Positions 32,755 through 41,964 of a DNA stretch of 64,000 nt are shown piece by piece. The notes under the pieces were generated by a model. The model ran no database searches, was not told where the DNA came from, and worked only from the letters and a program-made list of their open reading frames with translations. Made by a program: the position numbers and the translations under genes. Within the stretch, counting starts at the first letter, position 1. Every line of letters begins with the position of its first letter. This DNA comes from Alphaproteobacteria bacterium (lineage in GTDB: Bacteria > Pseudomonadota > Alphaproteobacteria > SP197). The DNA is taken from assembly GCA_965228895.1 (NCBI GenBank), contig OZ245842.1, positions 2,816,001 to 2,880,000 on the forward strand. Direction: 5' to 3'.

Positions 32755-33042
32755 TCAAGCGGCGGGCGGCTTCTGACACGTGTGTTTGGTGTCGCCGACC
32801 GGCACGTAGGCGCCGCAATGCGGGCACGCCGCCAACTCAACCTCGCTGGCCGCCGAACGGCTGGCCCCCGGCGCGTCGACCCTGTCACGACGGCCAAATC
32901 GGCTGAACCAGGACGAGCGCACCCGTCCGGCCTGCCGCTCCTCAGCCTTGCGTTTCTTGTCCATGTTGCTGACCAGCCGGAAACCGAGCCAAAGCGCGGC
33001 GATGATGATCGCGAAGACAATCAGCTTCTGGATTGAGAACAT
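32755..33042 (-). CDS. Small membrane-anchored protein with CPHC zinc-knuckle
   Basis: N-terminal TM (MFSIQKLIVFAIII), CPHCGAYV..C; lies upstream of glyQ. Confidence 0.7.
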   Translation of the reverse strand: MFSIQKLIVFAIIIAALWLGFRLVSNMDKKRKAEERQAGRVRSSWFSRFGRRDRVDAPGASRSAASEVELAACPHCGAYVPVGDTKHTCQKPPAA

Positions 33043-33173
33043 GGCAGGCACTTAAGGCGCAGACCCGCGGCGGTCAAGGAATTGCTCGGGCTGCAGAGCG
33101 ATGGCACCGGCAACCCTGACGTGCCGATCGAAGCACCCTGTGTTACGCCAACGCCTGCTCTCGGGAGGCAATC

Positions 33174-33641
33174 ATGGCACCAGCGCACAATATTGTTGAG
33201 GTGACGGACGACCGCGAAGCCGTCTGCCGGCGCATCCTCGCCGACCTGCCCGATTGGTTTGGCATTCCCGAGGCGACAGAAAACTACATCAAGGCCGCCG
33301 GCCGCATGCCCATGCTGGGCTGGCGCGATGGCGACGAAATCGCCGGTTTTGTCTCGCTGGATAGAACCAGCGATGCGACGGTCGACATGCATGTCATCGG
33401 CGTCCTTGCCAGCCATCACCGCAAGGGTGTGGGCTGCGCCCTGGTCGATGCCGCAGCCAACTGGGCGCGTGCCCAAGGCGCGTCGCTGCTCGCCGTCAAG
33501 ACGCTCGGCGCGAGCTATCCCGACCCGTTCTATGAGCGCACCCGGCTGTTCTATGAGGCCATGGGTTTTCTGCCGGTCGAGGAGTTCAAGAACCTCTGGG
33601 GTCCCGACAACCCCTGCCTGCTGATGATCAAACCACTCTGA
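33174..33641 (+). CDS. GNAT N-acetyltransferase
   Basis: LPDWFG, HRKGVG, FYEAMGF. Confidence 0.88.
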   Translation: MAPAHNIVEVTDDREAVCRRILADLPDWFGIPEATENYIKAAGRMPMLGWRDGDEIAGFVSLDRTSDATVDMHVIGVLASHHRKGVGCALVDAAANWARAQGASLLAVKTLGASYPDPFYERTRLFYEAMGFLPVEEFKNLWGPDNPCLLMIKPL

Positions 33642-33657
33642 GGCCGCCGAACCGAGG

Positions 33658-34422
33658 CTAGGTCCGGGTGATCGAGACGCCACCATCGACCGGGATCGAC
33701 GCGCCGGTGATGAAGCTCGACGCGTCGGAGGCCAGATGCAGCACGGTCTGCGCGATCTCCTCCGGCGCCGCCGTGCGTTTGAGCGCGTGCAAGTTTTCGA
33801 CGAAGGCCAGGCTCTCCGGCGTGTTGGCGACCGAGCGGCCCATCGGCGTATCGGTGCCGCCGGGCAGGACCGCGTTGACCCGGATACCGTCGCCGCCGTG
33901 CTCGACGGCCAGCACCTTGGTGAGGCCGTTGAGGCCCGCCTTGCTGGCCGCATAGGCCGCCATCCCCGGCATGCCGACCGTGTATCCGACGAAGGTCGAA
34001 TTGAAGATCAGCGAGCCGCCGCCGCGCTTGATCATCGCGGGGATCTGATACTTCGCGCCAAGAAAGGCGCTGGTCAGGTTGGTATCCATGGTGTCGTGCC
34101 AACCGGCCAGCGATAGGTCGGCCACATCGCCCATCTCGCCCAAAATGCCCGCGTTGTTGAAGGCGATATCCAGGCCGCCGAACCGATCCACCGCCGTCGC
34201 GACCAGCGTCTCGGCAAGGGCCTCGTCCTTGATGTCGCCGGCGATCGCCACCGCATCTCCGCCATCGGCCTCGATCTCGCCGACCAGATCGTCCAGCGCA
34301 CCCTGCCGCCGACCGGTTACCACGACCTCCGCGCCCTCGTCCGCGAAAAGCCGGGCGGTCGCCCAACCGATGCCCGAACTGGCGCCCGTTACGATCGCCA
34401 CCTTGCCTTTCAACATACCCAT
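33658..34422 (-). CDS. SDR family oxidoreductase
   Basis: TGASSGIG, FNNAG, YAASK; ATG 34422 after GGAGG. Confidence 0.9.
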   Translation of the reverse strand: MGMLKGKVAIVTGASSGIGWATARLFADEGAEVVVTGRRQGALDDLVGEIEADGGDAVAIAGDIKDEALAETLVATAVDRFGGLDIAFNNAGILGEMGDVADLSLAGWHDTMDTNLTSAFLGAKYQIPAMIKRGGGSLIFNSTFVGYTVGMPGMAAYAASKAGLNGLTKVLAVEHGGDGIRVNAVLPGGTDTPMGRSVANTPESLAFVENLHALKRTAAPEEIAQTVLHLASDASSFITGASIPVDGGVSITRT

Positions 34423-34633
34423 GCCTGCCTCCTGCTCTGTCATGCGTTGTCTCTCTGCCGACAACAGATGCAGAGGCGGCAGGCGATCCTCCACCCGGAT
34501 CTTGCTACGCCCTGGAAGAAACAACATAAAGATAAGATATAAAATTGTTATATAATAATGGTTTATAGTTATATTTTAAACTAATTTCTAACCACCTATT
34601 CCATCCAGTTTCCAACGGCTCGGACGCAACGGC

Positions 34634-35719
34634 CTAGAGCCATCGCTCCAGAAAACGCCGGACATCGGGACCCCAGACGTGGGGGCCGTTGCGCTCGAAG
34701 ACGTGGCCCTCGTCCTCGGTCAGGCCCCAGGCGGGAAAGACCTTCTGCTCGGTCGTGATGCCGGCAGCCCGGGCGGCAGCGGCCAGCTCAACCGTCGGCC
34801 GGGTCGAATAGTCGGTCTGGGCCTGGATGAAAAAGATTGGACACGAGAGCTTGCCGGTGGCCTCCAGCATGGTGCGACGCAGACCGGGCGTGTGCTCCCA
34901 GTTGATCGCCGCACCGGCGAACTCGACAGCGCAACGAAAACGGTTGGTCTTGGCGGCCGCGAGCAGCGTCGTCGTGCCGCCGAAACTGCTCCCCATCACG
35001 CCAATATGATCGCTTCGTGCGGTGTCGAGGCTGCAGACATGATCCAGCGCAGCCAGCACATCGTCGCTCTCGCGATCGAGCCGTGGCGCCAGTTGTTCGT
35101 CATAGGCGGGGGTTCCAAATTCGGCCGTGACCTCATCCAGCCAGCCCGCGCCCGGCGAATTGCCGTAACCCGCGCGGTGCGGCAGGAACGACGCGATGCC
35201 CCATTGCATCAGCAGCGCCGCGGTACCCGGCCGACAGATGTCGTCGGTTCCCTGATGGATCTGGCTGCCGTGGTTGGTGATCATGCAGGGGAAAGGGCCC
35301 GGGCCCGGCGGGCGATAGAAGTAACCCTTCAGCAGTTCACCTCGACTGGGAAAGCTGTGTTCTTCCGGCACGATAGGCCAGTCACCCAACACCGTCGCGT
35401 GCATCGCCGACGGTGTCACCGGCTCGTCATCATGGCGCTCGAAGAGGCGTTCGAACCGGTCGACCAGTGCCGCCATGCGTTGGCGCGCGGCCGTGAACTC
35501 AGGGCTGGCGTCACGCCGGTCGAGGTCATCCTGGTGCGCGGTCTCGTCGGCGAAGGCGCAACACCAGGCGACGTCCGGGCCGTCGCCGCCATCGTTGATG
35601 TGGATGTCACCCGGCGCCAAGCCCATCGCGACCCGCGCCCGGCTGGCCTCGCGGCGAACCGCCAAGACGTCGCCCGCCTTGCCCGGTTTGGCGTAGTAGT
35701 GCGTTCTCTCGACAATCAT
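34634..35719 (-). CDS. NIPSNAP-like domain fused to dienelactone hydrolase-like alpha/beta hydrolase
   Basis: N-terminal ERTHYYAKPG domain; GSSFGG nucleophile, QTDY, EGH. Confidence 0.75.
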   Translation of the reverse strand: MIVERTHYYAKPGKAGDVLAVRREASRARVAMGLAPGDIHINDGGDGPDVAWCCAFADETAHQDDLDRRDASPEFTAARQRMAALVDRFERLFERHDDEPVTPSAMHATVLGDWPIVPEEHSFPSRGELLKGYFYRPPGPGPFPCMITNHGSQIHQGTDDICRPGTAALLMQWGIASFLPHRAGYGNSPGAGWLDEVTAEFGTPAYDEQLAPRLDRESDDVLAALDHVCSLDTARSDHIGVMGSSFGGTTTLLAAAKTNRFRCAVEFAGAAINWEHTPGLRRTMLEATGKLSCPIFFIQAQTDYSTRPTVELAAAARAAGITTEQKVFPAWGLTEDEGHVFERNGPHVWGPDVRRFLERWL

Positions 35720-35817
35720 AAGGTGAGTCGACCTCTACATCGTACAGGGCTACCATCCCGTCCTGCGACCGGAGTTACAACAACGACCCCCAATAGTCAG
35801 CAAAGGAGAGCCATCCG

Positions 35818-36975
35818 ATGGGTCACGTCAACGACATGCTCGAAAAGCGCCGCGAGTTTCTCGCGGGCAAGATAAACCGGCGCCAATTCAACCAGGCGCT
35901 GGCGGCGGTCGGACTGACGACCACCGCATTCCCGATGCACGCGGCGATGGCGCAAAGCGGCGAACACCCGACGGTCTTCACATGGTCGGGATACGAGGAA
36001 GAAGCCTTCATCGCGAGCTATGTGAACCTGCACGGCACCGCGCCCGACTTCTCGTTCTTCGCCGACGAGGAAGAAGCCTATGCCAAGTTGCGGTCGGGCT
36101 TCCCGGCGGATGTCTTGATGCCGTGCACCTATAAGGTTCCGCCGTGGTACCGGGCCGGCCTCTTGGCGCCGATCGATACGTCGAGACTCACCCACTGGAA
36201 CGATATCGTACCGAGCCTGAAGGAAATTCCGGGTACGGTGTTCGACGGTGAGCACTATTTCGTGCCGCAGGATTTCGGTTTTACCGCCATCACGTTCCGT
36301 CACGACCTGGCACCTGAGTATCTGGAGCCTGAGAACGCAAGCTGGGGTTTCCTTTGGGACACCAACTATGCCGGTCGCTTGGCAATGATCGACAGTCTGA
36401 TCGACGGTGTCGCCGTCGCGTCAATCTATGGCGGCTACAACCCGTTCGACATGAACGAGCTTGAGATCGAAGGGACGAAGAAACTCCTGCAGGAACAGCT
36501 GCCTCTGCTGCGCTACTACGCAGGCGGTATGTCAGACGTCGAGCAGTCCTTGGCCGCGGGTGAACTGGTCGCCTCGGCAACGTGGAACGGCTCGCGCATC
36601 CGTCTGACCGAACAGGGCGTTCCCGTCACCTTCATGAAACCGGACCAACCGGCCCTGAACGGTGAGCCCCAGGGTCCGATGACCTGGGTCTGCGGCATCT
36701 GCCTGTCGGCGACCATGGATCCGTCACTCGAACAACAGGCTTATGACGTGATGGACGCCTATATGTCGCCGGAAGCCGGTGTCTATGAAGTCACCGAGTG
36801 GGCCGCCGGCCACGCCAACAACAGGGTCTATGAAATGATCGATGAGCAGCAGCTGCTCGATTATGGCTTGGCGAAAAACCCCGACGAGGTCCTGGCGAAG
36901 GGCATCTTCCAGGAAGAAATGAAACAGGAAGCCCGGCTGCAGGAAATGTTCGAAGAAGTCAAAGCCGGCATGTAA
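35818..36975 (+). CDS. PotD/PotF-like ABC substrate-binding protein
   Basis: NRRQF Tat-like leader, FTWSGY, EEEA..K.R.GF, TWVCG. Confidence 0.88.
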   Translation: MGHVNDMLEKRREFLAGKINRRQFNQALAAVGLTTTAFPMHAAMAQSGEHPTVFTWSGYEEEAFIASYVNLHGTAPDFSFFADEEEAYAKLRSGFPADVLMPCTYKVPPWYRAGLLAPIDTSRLTHWNDIVPSLKEIPGTVFDGEHYFVPQDFGFTAITFRHDLAPEYLEPENASWGFLWDTNYAGRLAMIDSLIDGVAVASIYGGYNPFDMNELEIEGTKKLLQEQLPLLRYYAGGMSDVEQSLAAGELVASATWNGSRIRLTEQGVPVTFMKPDQPALNGEPQGPMTWVCGICLSATMDPSLEQQAYDVMDAYMSPEAGVYEVTEWAAGHANNRVYEMIDEQQLLDYGLAKNPDEVLAKGIFQEEMKQEARLQEMFEEVKAGM

Positions 36976-36999
36976 CCGACTTTCTTATCGACGATTTGC

Positions 37000-37034
37000 G
37001 GCGCCGGGGCCTTGTGCCCCGGCGCCATTTTTTT
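37000..37034 (+). terminator. Rho-independent terminator
   Basis: GGCGCCGGGGC-CTTGT-GCCCCGGCGCC then ATTTTTTT. Confidence 0.85.
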
Positions 37035-37160
37035 GCCACCGTGAGAAGTCTTCTTTATGGCTACTTGTTGACCTTGATCCTGCCAGGCGCAATGATCCGG
37101 GCTGAGGGGATCGGTTTGCACTAACACATAAGCGTACAAAACGCTTAGGGAGACGATTGA

Positions 37161-38330
37161 ATGAAAAATCTTGATGTTAACCGCATCTGTGACGGTATCC
37201 GCGAAGGCAAGATGTCGCGTCGCGAAATCCACACAGTGCTTGGTGCCGTTGGTTTCGGCCTGGCTGTCGTGCCGCTGACCAAAGGTGCACAAGCCCAAGA
37301 GATTGCCGCCGCAAGTTGTGGTGATGGTCATCCGATGACATTTACTTGGTCGGGCTACGACGAAGTTAACTTCCACAAACAGTACATCGCCGAGTACGGC
37401 TGCGCTTCGAACTTCACCTTCTGGGGTGACGAAGAAGAGGCCTTCGCCAAGATGCGGGCGGGCTTTGAGCCCGACGTCATGGCGCCGTGCACCTACGAGC
37501 TGAACCGCTGGTTCAATGCCGGCCTTTTGGCACCGATCGACACGTCGATGCTGTCGAACTGGGATCAGATCATCCCGGCACTGAAGGAAGTGGATGGTTC
37601 GATTCAGGGCGGCAACCGCGTGTTCGTGCCAATGGATTGGGGCCAAACCTCCGTCACGTTCCGCACCGATCTGGCGCCGGAGTATGTCGACGTCGAGAAC
37701 CACACCTGGGGCATCCTGTGGGATCCCAAGTATGCCGGTCGCCTGTCGATGATCGACAGCTTGATCGACGGTGTCGCCGTTGCATCGATCTATGCCGGCC
37801 TTGAGGACCCTTACGACCTTTCCGACCCCGCCGATATGGAAACGACGGCCAATTTGCTGCGCGAACAGCTTCCGTTGCTGCGTTACTATTCCAACACCAT
37901 GTCGGACGTCGAGCAGTCGCTGGCCTCCGGTGAGCTGGTTGCCGCGGCAACGTGGAACAGCTCGATCGTCGCGCTGCGCGGCCAGGGCCTACCGGTCATG
38001 TTCATGCAGCCAAAGGAAGGCGCGATGACATGGGTGTGCGGTCTGGTCCGTCATCCCTCCAACGACGGCAGGGGCGAAGAGCAGATCGAGAAGGCGCATC
38101 AGATCCTCGACTCCTATCTCAGTGCCGAAGCCGGTGCGTGGGAGATCATCAACTACGGTTACGGTCACGCCAACCTCGGCGCCTACGAAATGGTGAGCGA
38201 AGAAGAGCTCGCCGAGCGTGGTCTGTCGAAGAACCCGGACGACCTGCTGGAAACCGGTATCTTCCAGGTGGAGATGACACCGCAGCAAGATATCCAAACC
38301 ATGTTCGAGGAAGTCAAAGCCGGCATGTAA
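37161..38330 (+). CDS. PotD/PotF-like ABC substrate-binding protein (tandem paralogue)
   Basis: Same motifs; identical C-terminus MFEEVKAGM. Confidence 0.88.
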   Translation: MKNLDVNRICDGIREGKMSRREIHTVLGAVGFGLAVVPLTKGAQAQEIAAASCGDGHPMTFTWSGYDEVNFHKQYIAEYGCASNFTFWGDEEEAFAKMRAGFEPDVMAPCTYELNRWFNAGLLAPIDTSMLSNWDQIIPALKEVDGSIQGGNRVFVPMDWGQTSVTFRTDLAPEYVDVENHTWGILWDPKYAGRLSMIDSLIDGVAVASIYAGLEDPYDLSDPADMETTANLLREQLPLLRYYSNTMSDVEQSLASGELVAAATWNSSIVALRGQGLPVMFMQPKEGAMTWVCGLVRHPSNDGRGEEQIEKAHQILDSYLSAEAGAWEIINYGYGHANLGAYEMVSEEELAERGLSKNPDDLLETGIFQVEMTPQQDIQTMFEEVKAGM

Positions 38331-38356
38331 GCCGACCTAACTTCTTGATGGTGATC

Positions 38357-38392
38357 AAGGGCCGGGGTGGCGACGCCCCGGCCCTTTTCTTT
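38357..38392 (+). terminator. Rho-independent terminator
   Basis: AAGGGCCGGGGT-GGCGAC-GCCCCGGCCCTT then TTCTTT. Confidence 0.8.
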
Positions 38393-38480
38393 GCACCACA
38401 TCGTCACAACAACGCTTGCCCTGCATGCTATAAGGCCGCGCATCAACCTTGCCTTCGTGCCGTGGTGAAAGGGGACCGCG

Positions 38481-39689
38481 ATGGCCGATGCCGAAACCCT
38501 GCACGTCGACGACTTCGTCGCGTTGACCATCGGGATCGTCGTCTACTTTGTCGGCGTACTGCTGACTCGCCGCTTTGAGTTGCTGCGCAGCTTCAACATT
38601 CCCGAACCGGTAACCGGCGGCCTGATCGCTGCGGGCGCGACCTATGCGGTGTTCGTCATCTTTGATTTGTCCATCACGTTCGACCTTTCGACGCGGGATG
38701 AACTGCTGGTCTACTTCTTTACCGCCATCGGCTTGAACGCGCGGTTTTCCGACCTGTTGCGCGGCGGGCGAGCGCTCGCCATCCTTCTGGTTCTGACGCT
38801 GGGCTACATCGTCATCCAGAATCTTGTCGGCCTGGCCGGCGTATCGATCTTCGACCTGCCTGAACCGGTCGCCGTGCTGGCGGGTTCGGCGTCCCTGATT
38901 GGCGGACACGGCACGGCGATTGCCTGGGCGCCGGATATTGCCGAGCGTTTCGGCATCGAGAATGCCATGGAGATCGGCATCGCCTGCGCCACGTTCGGGT
39001 TGATCCTGGCCAGCCTGATCGGCGGACCTCTCGCCAAAATCCTGATCGACCGCAACAACCTGAAGGCAGACCCTGACGCCGCCAACATTGTCGGCATCGC
39101 CTATGACACCGATGGCGGGCGCACGGTCAACCACATCAGCATCATGGCGGCGCTGCTGGCGCTGAACGTCGCCATCATCATCGGCTACCTGATCAACGTC
39201 GAACTGGAAGAGCGCGGTTTTAAACTGCCGCTTTTCGTGACCTGTCTGTTGGTCGCGATTTTGATGTCGAACGCCGTGACGTATCTGCTGCCCCGGGTTC
39301 CCTGGCCGGCGCGGACCCGCGCGCTGGCCCTGATCTCGGACTATGCCCTCAACATCTTTCTGGCGATGTCGCTGATGAGCATGCAGCTATGGACGCTTGC
39401 CGGTTTGGCCGGCCCGTTGTTCGGCATCCTGATCCTGCAAACGATCGCGGTCATGCTCTTCGTGCTGTTCCTGTTGTTCCGATTCATGGGCAGTAACTAT
39501 GAAGCAGCCGTGTTGGGCGCGGGCTTCGGCGGCTTTGCGCTGGGCGCGACGCCGACCGCGGTGGCCAACATGACGGCAGTGACCAAGGAACACGGTCCCG
39601 CCCCTAACGCCTTCATCATCCTGCCGCTGGTCGCAGCCTTCTTCGTCGACCTGGCCAACGCCATCGTTATTCGGACATTTGTCGGCTAG
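38481..39689 (+). CDS. gltS: Sodium/glutamate symporter
   Basis: NIPEPVTGG, GGHGTA, GATPTAVANM. Confidence 0.92.
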   Translation: MADAETLHVDDFVALTIGIVVYFVGVLLTRRFELLRSFNIPEPVTGGLIAAGATYAVFVIFDLSITFDLSTRDELLVYFFTAIGLNARFSDLLRGGRALAILLVLTLGYIVIQNLVGLAGVSIFDLPEPVAVLAGSASLIGGHGTAIAWAPDIAERFGIENAMEIGIACATFGLILASLIGGPLAKILIDRNNLKADPDAANIVGIAYDTDGGRTVNHISIMAALLALNVAIIIGYLINVELEERGFKLPLFVTCLLVAILMSNAVTYLLPRVPWPARTRALALISDYALNIFLAMSLMSMQLWTLAGLAGPLFGILILQTIAVMLFVLFLLFRFMGSNYEAAVLGAGFGGFALGATPTAVANMTAVTKEHGPAPNAFIILPLVAAFFVDLANAIVIRTFVG

Positions 39690-40810
39690 GCGAATTCGCT
39701 CGCCTGATAGCTGGCCTTGTCCAGCCAGTCGGGGTTGATCGTCACACCCCACCCGGGACCGTCCGGGATCCGCACCTTGCCGTCCTCGGGCATCAGGGCC
39801 GGTTGGTAGAGATCGGTTTGCCAGGGATAGTAGTCGTCATCCGGCTCGATGGAGAACTCGACATAAGGCCCGGCGTTGGCGATGGCACCCATCATATGCA
39901 GCGAGAAAACCGTGATCATGGAGAGGTTGGCGGAATGGGGCGTGCAGGGCAGCCCGGCTACCTCCGCCATACGCGCCACCTGTAGCGCGCGGGTCAGGCC
40001 GCCGATGTAGCAGATATCGGGTTGGACCACGTCGACCGCGCCGCTGCCGATGATGGTGCGCCAGACCGGCAGGTAGATGTCCTGTTCGCCGCCGGTGACA
40101 TCGAGGTCGAGCGCCTGTTTCACCTCCCGCGTCCAGTCGATCTCCCAATACGGACACGGCTCCTCGAAGTGGACGACGCCGTTGTCCTGCAACATGTGAC
40201 CGACCTCGATCGCCTTTCTGGGCGAATAGCAGCTGTTGCCATCGACCAGCAGGCGCATGTCATCGCCCAGCGCCTTGCGCACCGCCGGCACTACCGCCTC
40301 GGTGCGGCCCGGCCATTCGTCGAGGTCATGGCCGCACTCGCGACCGACGCGGAACTTCACCGCCGTGTAGCCATGGGTTTCGCACAAGCGTTTGAGTCGA
40401 TCCGCTTCATCATCAGGCGTGATGTCGCGCCGCATGCTGGAACCGTAAACGCGAAACGGCCTTGGCGTGCCACCCAGCAATTCGCATACGCTCTTGCCCT
40501 GGCGCTTGCCGCGCAAGTCCCACAGCGCCGTGTCCAAGCCGCCTAACGCACGGCAGATGTAGGCGCCCGGAAACTTGTGCTCACGTTCGAGAACCAGTTC
40601 GCTCAGACCATCCAGATCCTCGGCATCATGACCCAGCGCATGCGGCGCGACCTGCCGATGCATGACAAGGGACGCAATGTCCGAGTGATAGGTGGAGATC
40701 TGGCCCCAGCCTTCAGCGCCGTCATCGGCGGTGACGCGCACGAATGCGACGAACTCGTTCGAGAACGTCTCGACCTTGGCGATGGTTGGTGCGTCAGAAG
40801 ATGATGACAT
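39686..40810 (-). CDS. Mandelate racemase / muconate lactonising enzyme family
   Basis: DTALWDL.GK, K.RVG, VDGN, FEEP, GGEQ, VQPD, PH. Confidence 0.9.
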   Translation of the reverse strand: MSSSSDAPTIAKVETFSNEFVAFVRVTADDGAEGWGQISTYHSDIASLVMHRQVAPHALGHDAEDLDGLSELVLEREHKFPGAYICRALGGLDTALWDLRGKRQGKSVCELLGGTPRPFRVYGSSMRRDITPDDEADRLKRLCETHGYTAVKFRVGRECGHDLDEWPGRTEAVVPAVRKALGDDMRLLVDGNSCYSPRKAIEVGHMLQDNGVVHFEEPCPYWEIDWTREVKQALDLDVTGGEQDIYLPVWRTIIGSGAVDVVQPDICYIGGLTRALQVARMAEVAGLPCTPHSANLSMITVFSLHMMGAIANAGPYVEFSIEPDDDYYPWQTDLYQPALMPEDGKVRIPDGPGWGVTINPDWLDKASYQASEFA

Positions 40811-41873
40811 TGCGCAACGCCTCACCGCGCCTGACTGAGGCAATGGCCTCATTGATCTGGTCGAGGGGATAGCGCCCCGAAATCAACTCATCGAGCTTGA
40901 GCTGGCCATCTTGGTAGAGCGCCACGAGCTTGGGAATGTCGACGGCCAGACGGGTCGAGCCCATCTTGCTGCCCAGGATGGTCTGGGCGTTGTTGGCGAC
41001 ATCGCCGATTTCGATTTCCGCCATCTCGCCATTGGCCGGCATGCCGACCATCACCATGGTACCGCCCTTGCGCATCAGACCGACAGCCTGCTCGGCCGCC
41101 TTGGTCGAACCGACGGTGACAAAGACGTAGTCGGCGCCGCGGCCGTCCGTCAGTTGCTTGACGTCAGCGACGACGTCGTTGCTTTTGGGATTGATGCCAT
41201 GTGTCGCGCCGAACGTCTTCGCAGCCTCGATCTTGGCATCATCGAGATCCATGGCGATCACGGGATAGGCGCCGGAAATAGCAGCGCCCTGCACACTGTT
41301 CAGGCCGACGCCGCCGGTCCCGATGACCACGACACTGGCACCCTGCGGAACCTTGGCCGTGTTGACGACGGCGCCGAGCCCGGTGATAACGCCGCACGAC
41401 AAAAGCGAGGCGCTATCAAGCGGGACGTCGTCGGGGATCGCAGCGACCTGCGATCGGTCGACAACGACTTCTTCGGCGAAAGCGCCGGTGCGCAGCCCCT
41501 GCACCAACGGCTTGCTGTCGCTGTCCTGCAAAGGGCCGTGGCGGTCGAGGGGAAACTCGGCATCGCAGATATGCCGGTCGCCTTGTGCACAATGGTAGCA
41601 ATGCCCGCATGAGCGGATCAACGTGACGAGCACACGGTCACCAGGCTTAATGTCGTCGACACCAGGCCCGACTTTCTCGACAAGCCCTGACGCCTCATGG
41701 CCATAGACAGCAGGCAGCGTCCCGCCCCAGCCGCCATCCATATAGATGATGTCGCTGTGGCAGATCGCGCAGGCGGCGAGCTTGACATGCACCTCGCCTG
41801 GACCAGGCGGTTCAAGCGTCACCTCCTCGATGACAAGGGGTGCACCAAACTCACGACAGACTGCGGCCTTCAT
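40794..41873 (-). CDS. Zn-dependent alcohol dehydrogenase
   Basis: CHSD, GHE, C..C..C......C, GTGGVG. Confidence 0.92.
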   Translation of the reverse strand: MKAAVCREFGAPLVIEEVTLEPPGPGEVHVKLAACAICHSDIIYMDGGWGGTLPAVYGHEASGLVEKVGPGVDDIKPGDRVLVTLIRSCGHCYHCAQGDRHICDAEFPLDRHGPLQDSDSKPLVQGLRTGAFAEEVVVDRSQVAAIPDDVPLDSASLLSCGVITGLGAVVNTAKVPQGASVVVIGTGGVGLNSVQGAAISGAYPVIAMDLDDAKIEAAKTFGATHGINPKSNDVVADVKQLTDGRGADYVFVTVGSTKAAEQAVGLMRKGGTMVMVGMPANGEMAEIEIGDVANNAQTILGSKMGSTRLAVDIPKLVALYQDGQLKLDELISGRYPLDQINEAIASVRRGEALRNVIIF

Positions 41874-41964
41874 GGCAAAACTCCGGGCAGAAAACGGCGG
41901 CACAATCTAGCGGTTTCGCCGTTCAGCGCATCAGCAAAGTGCAGGCCCGACAGCAAAAAAACGA

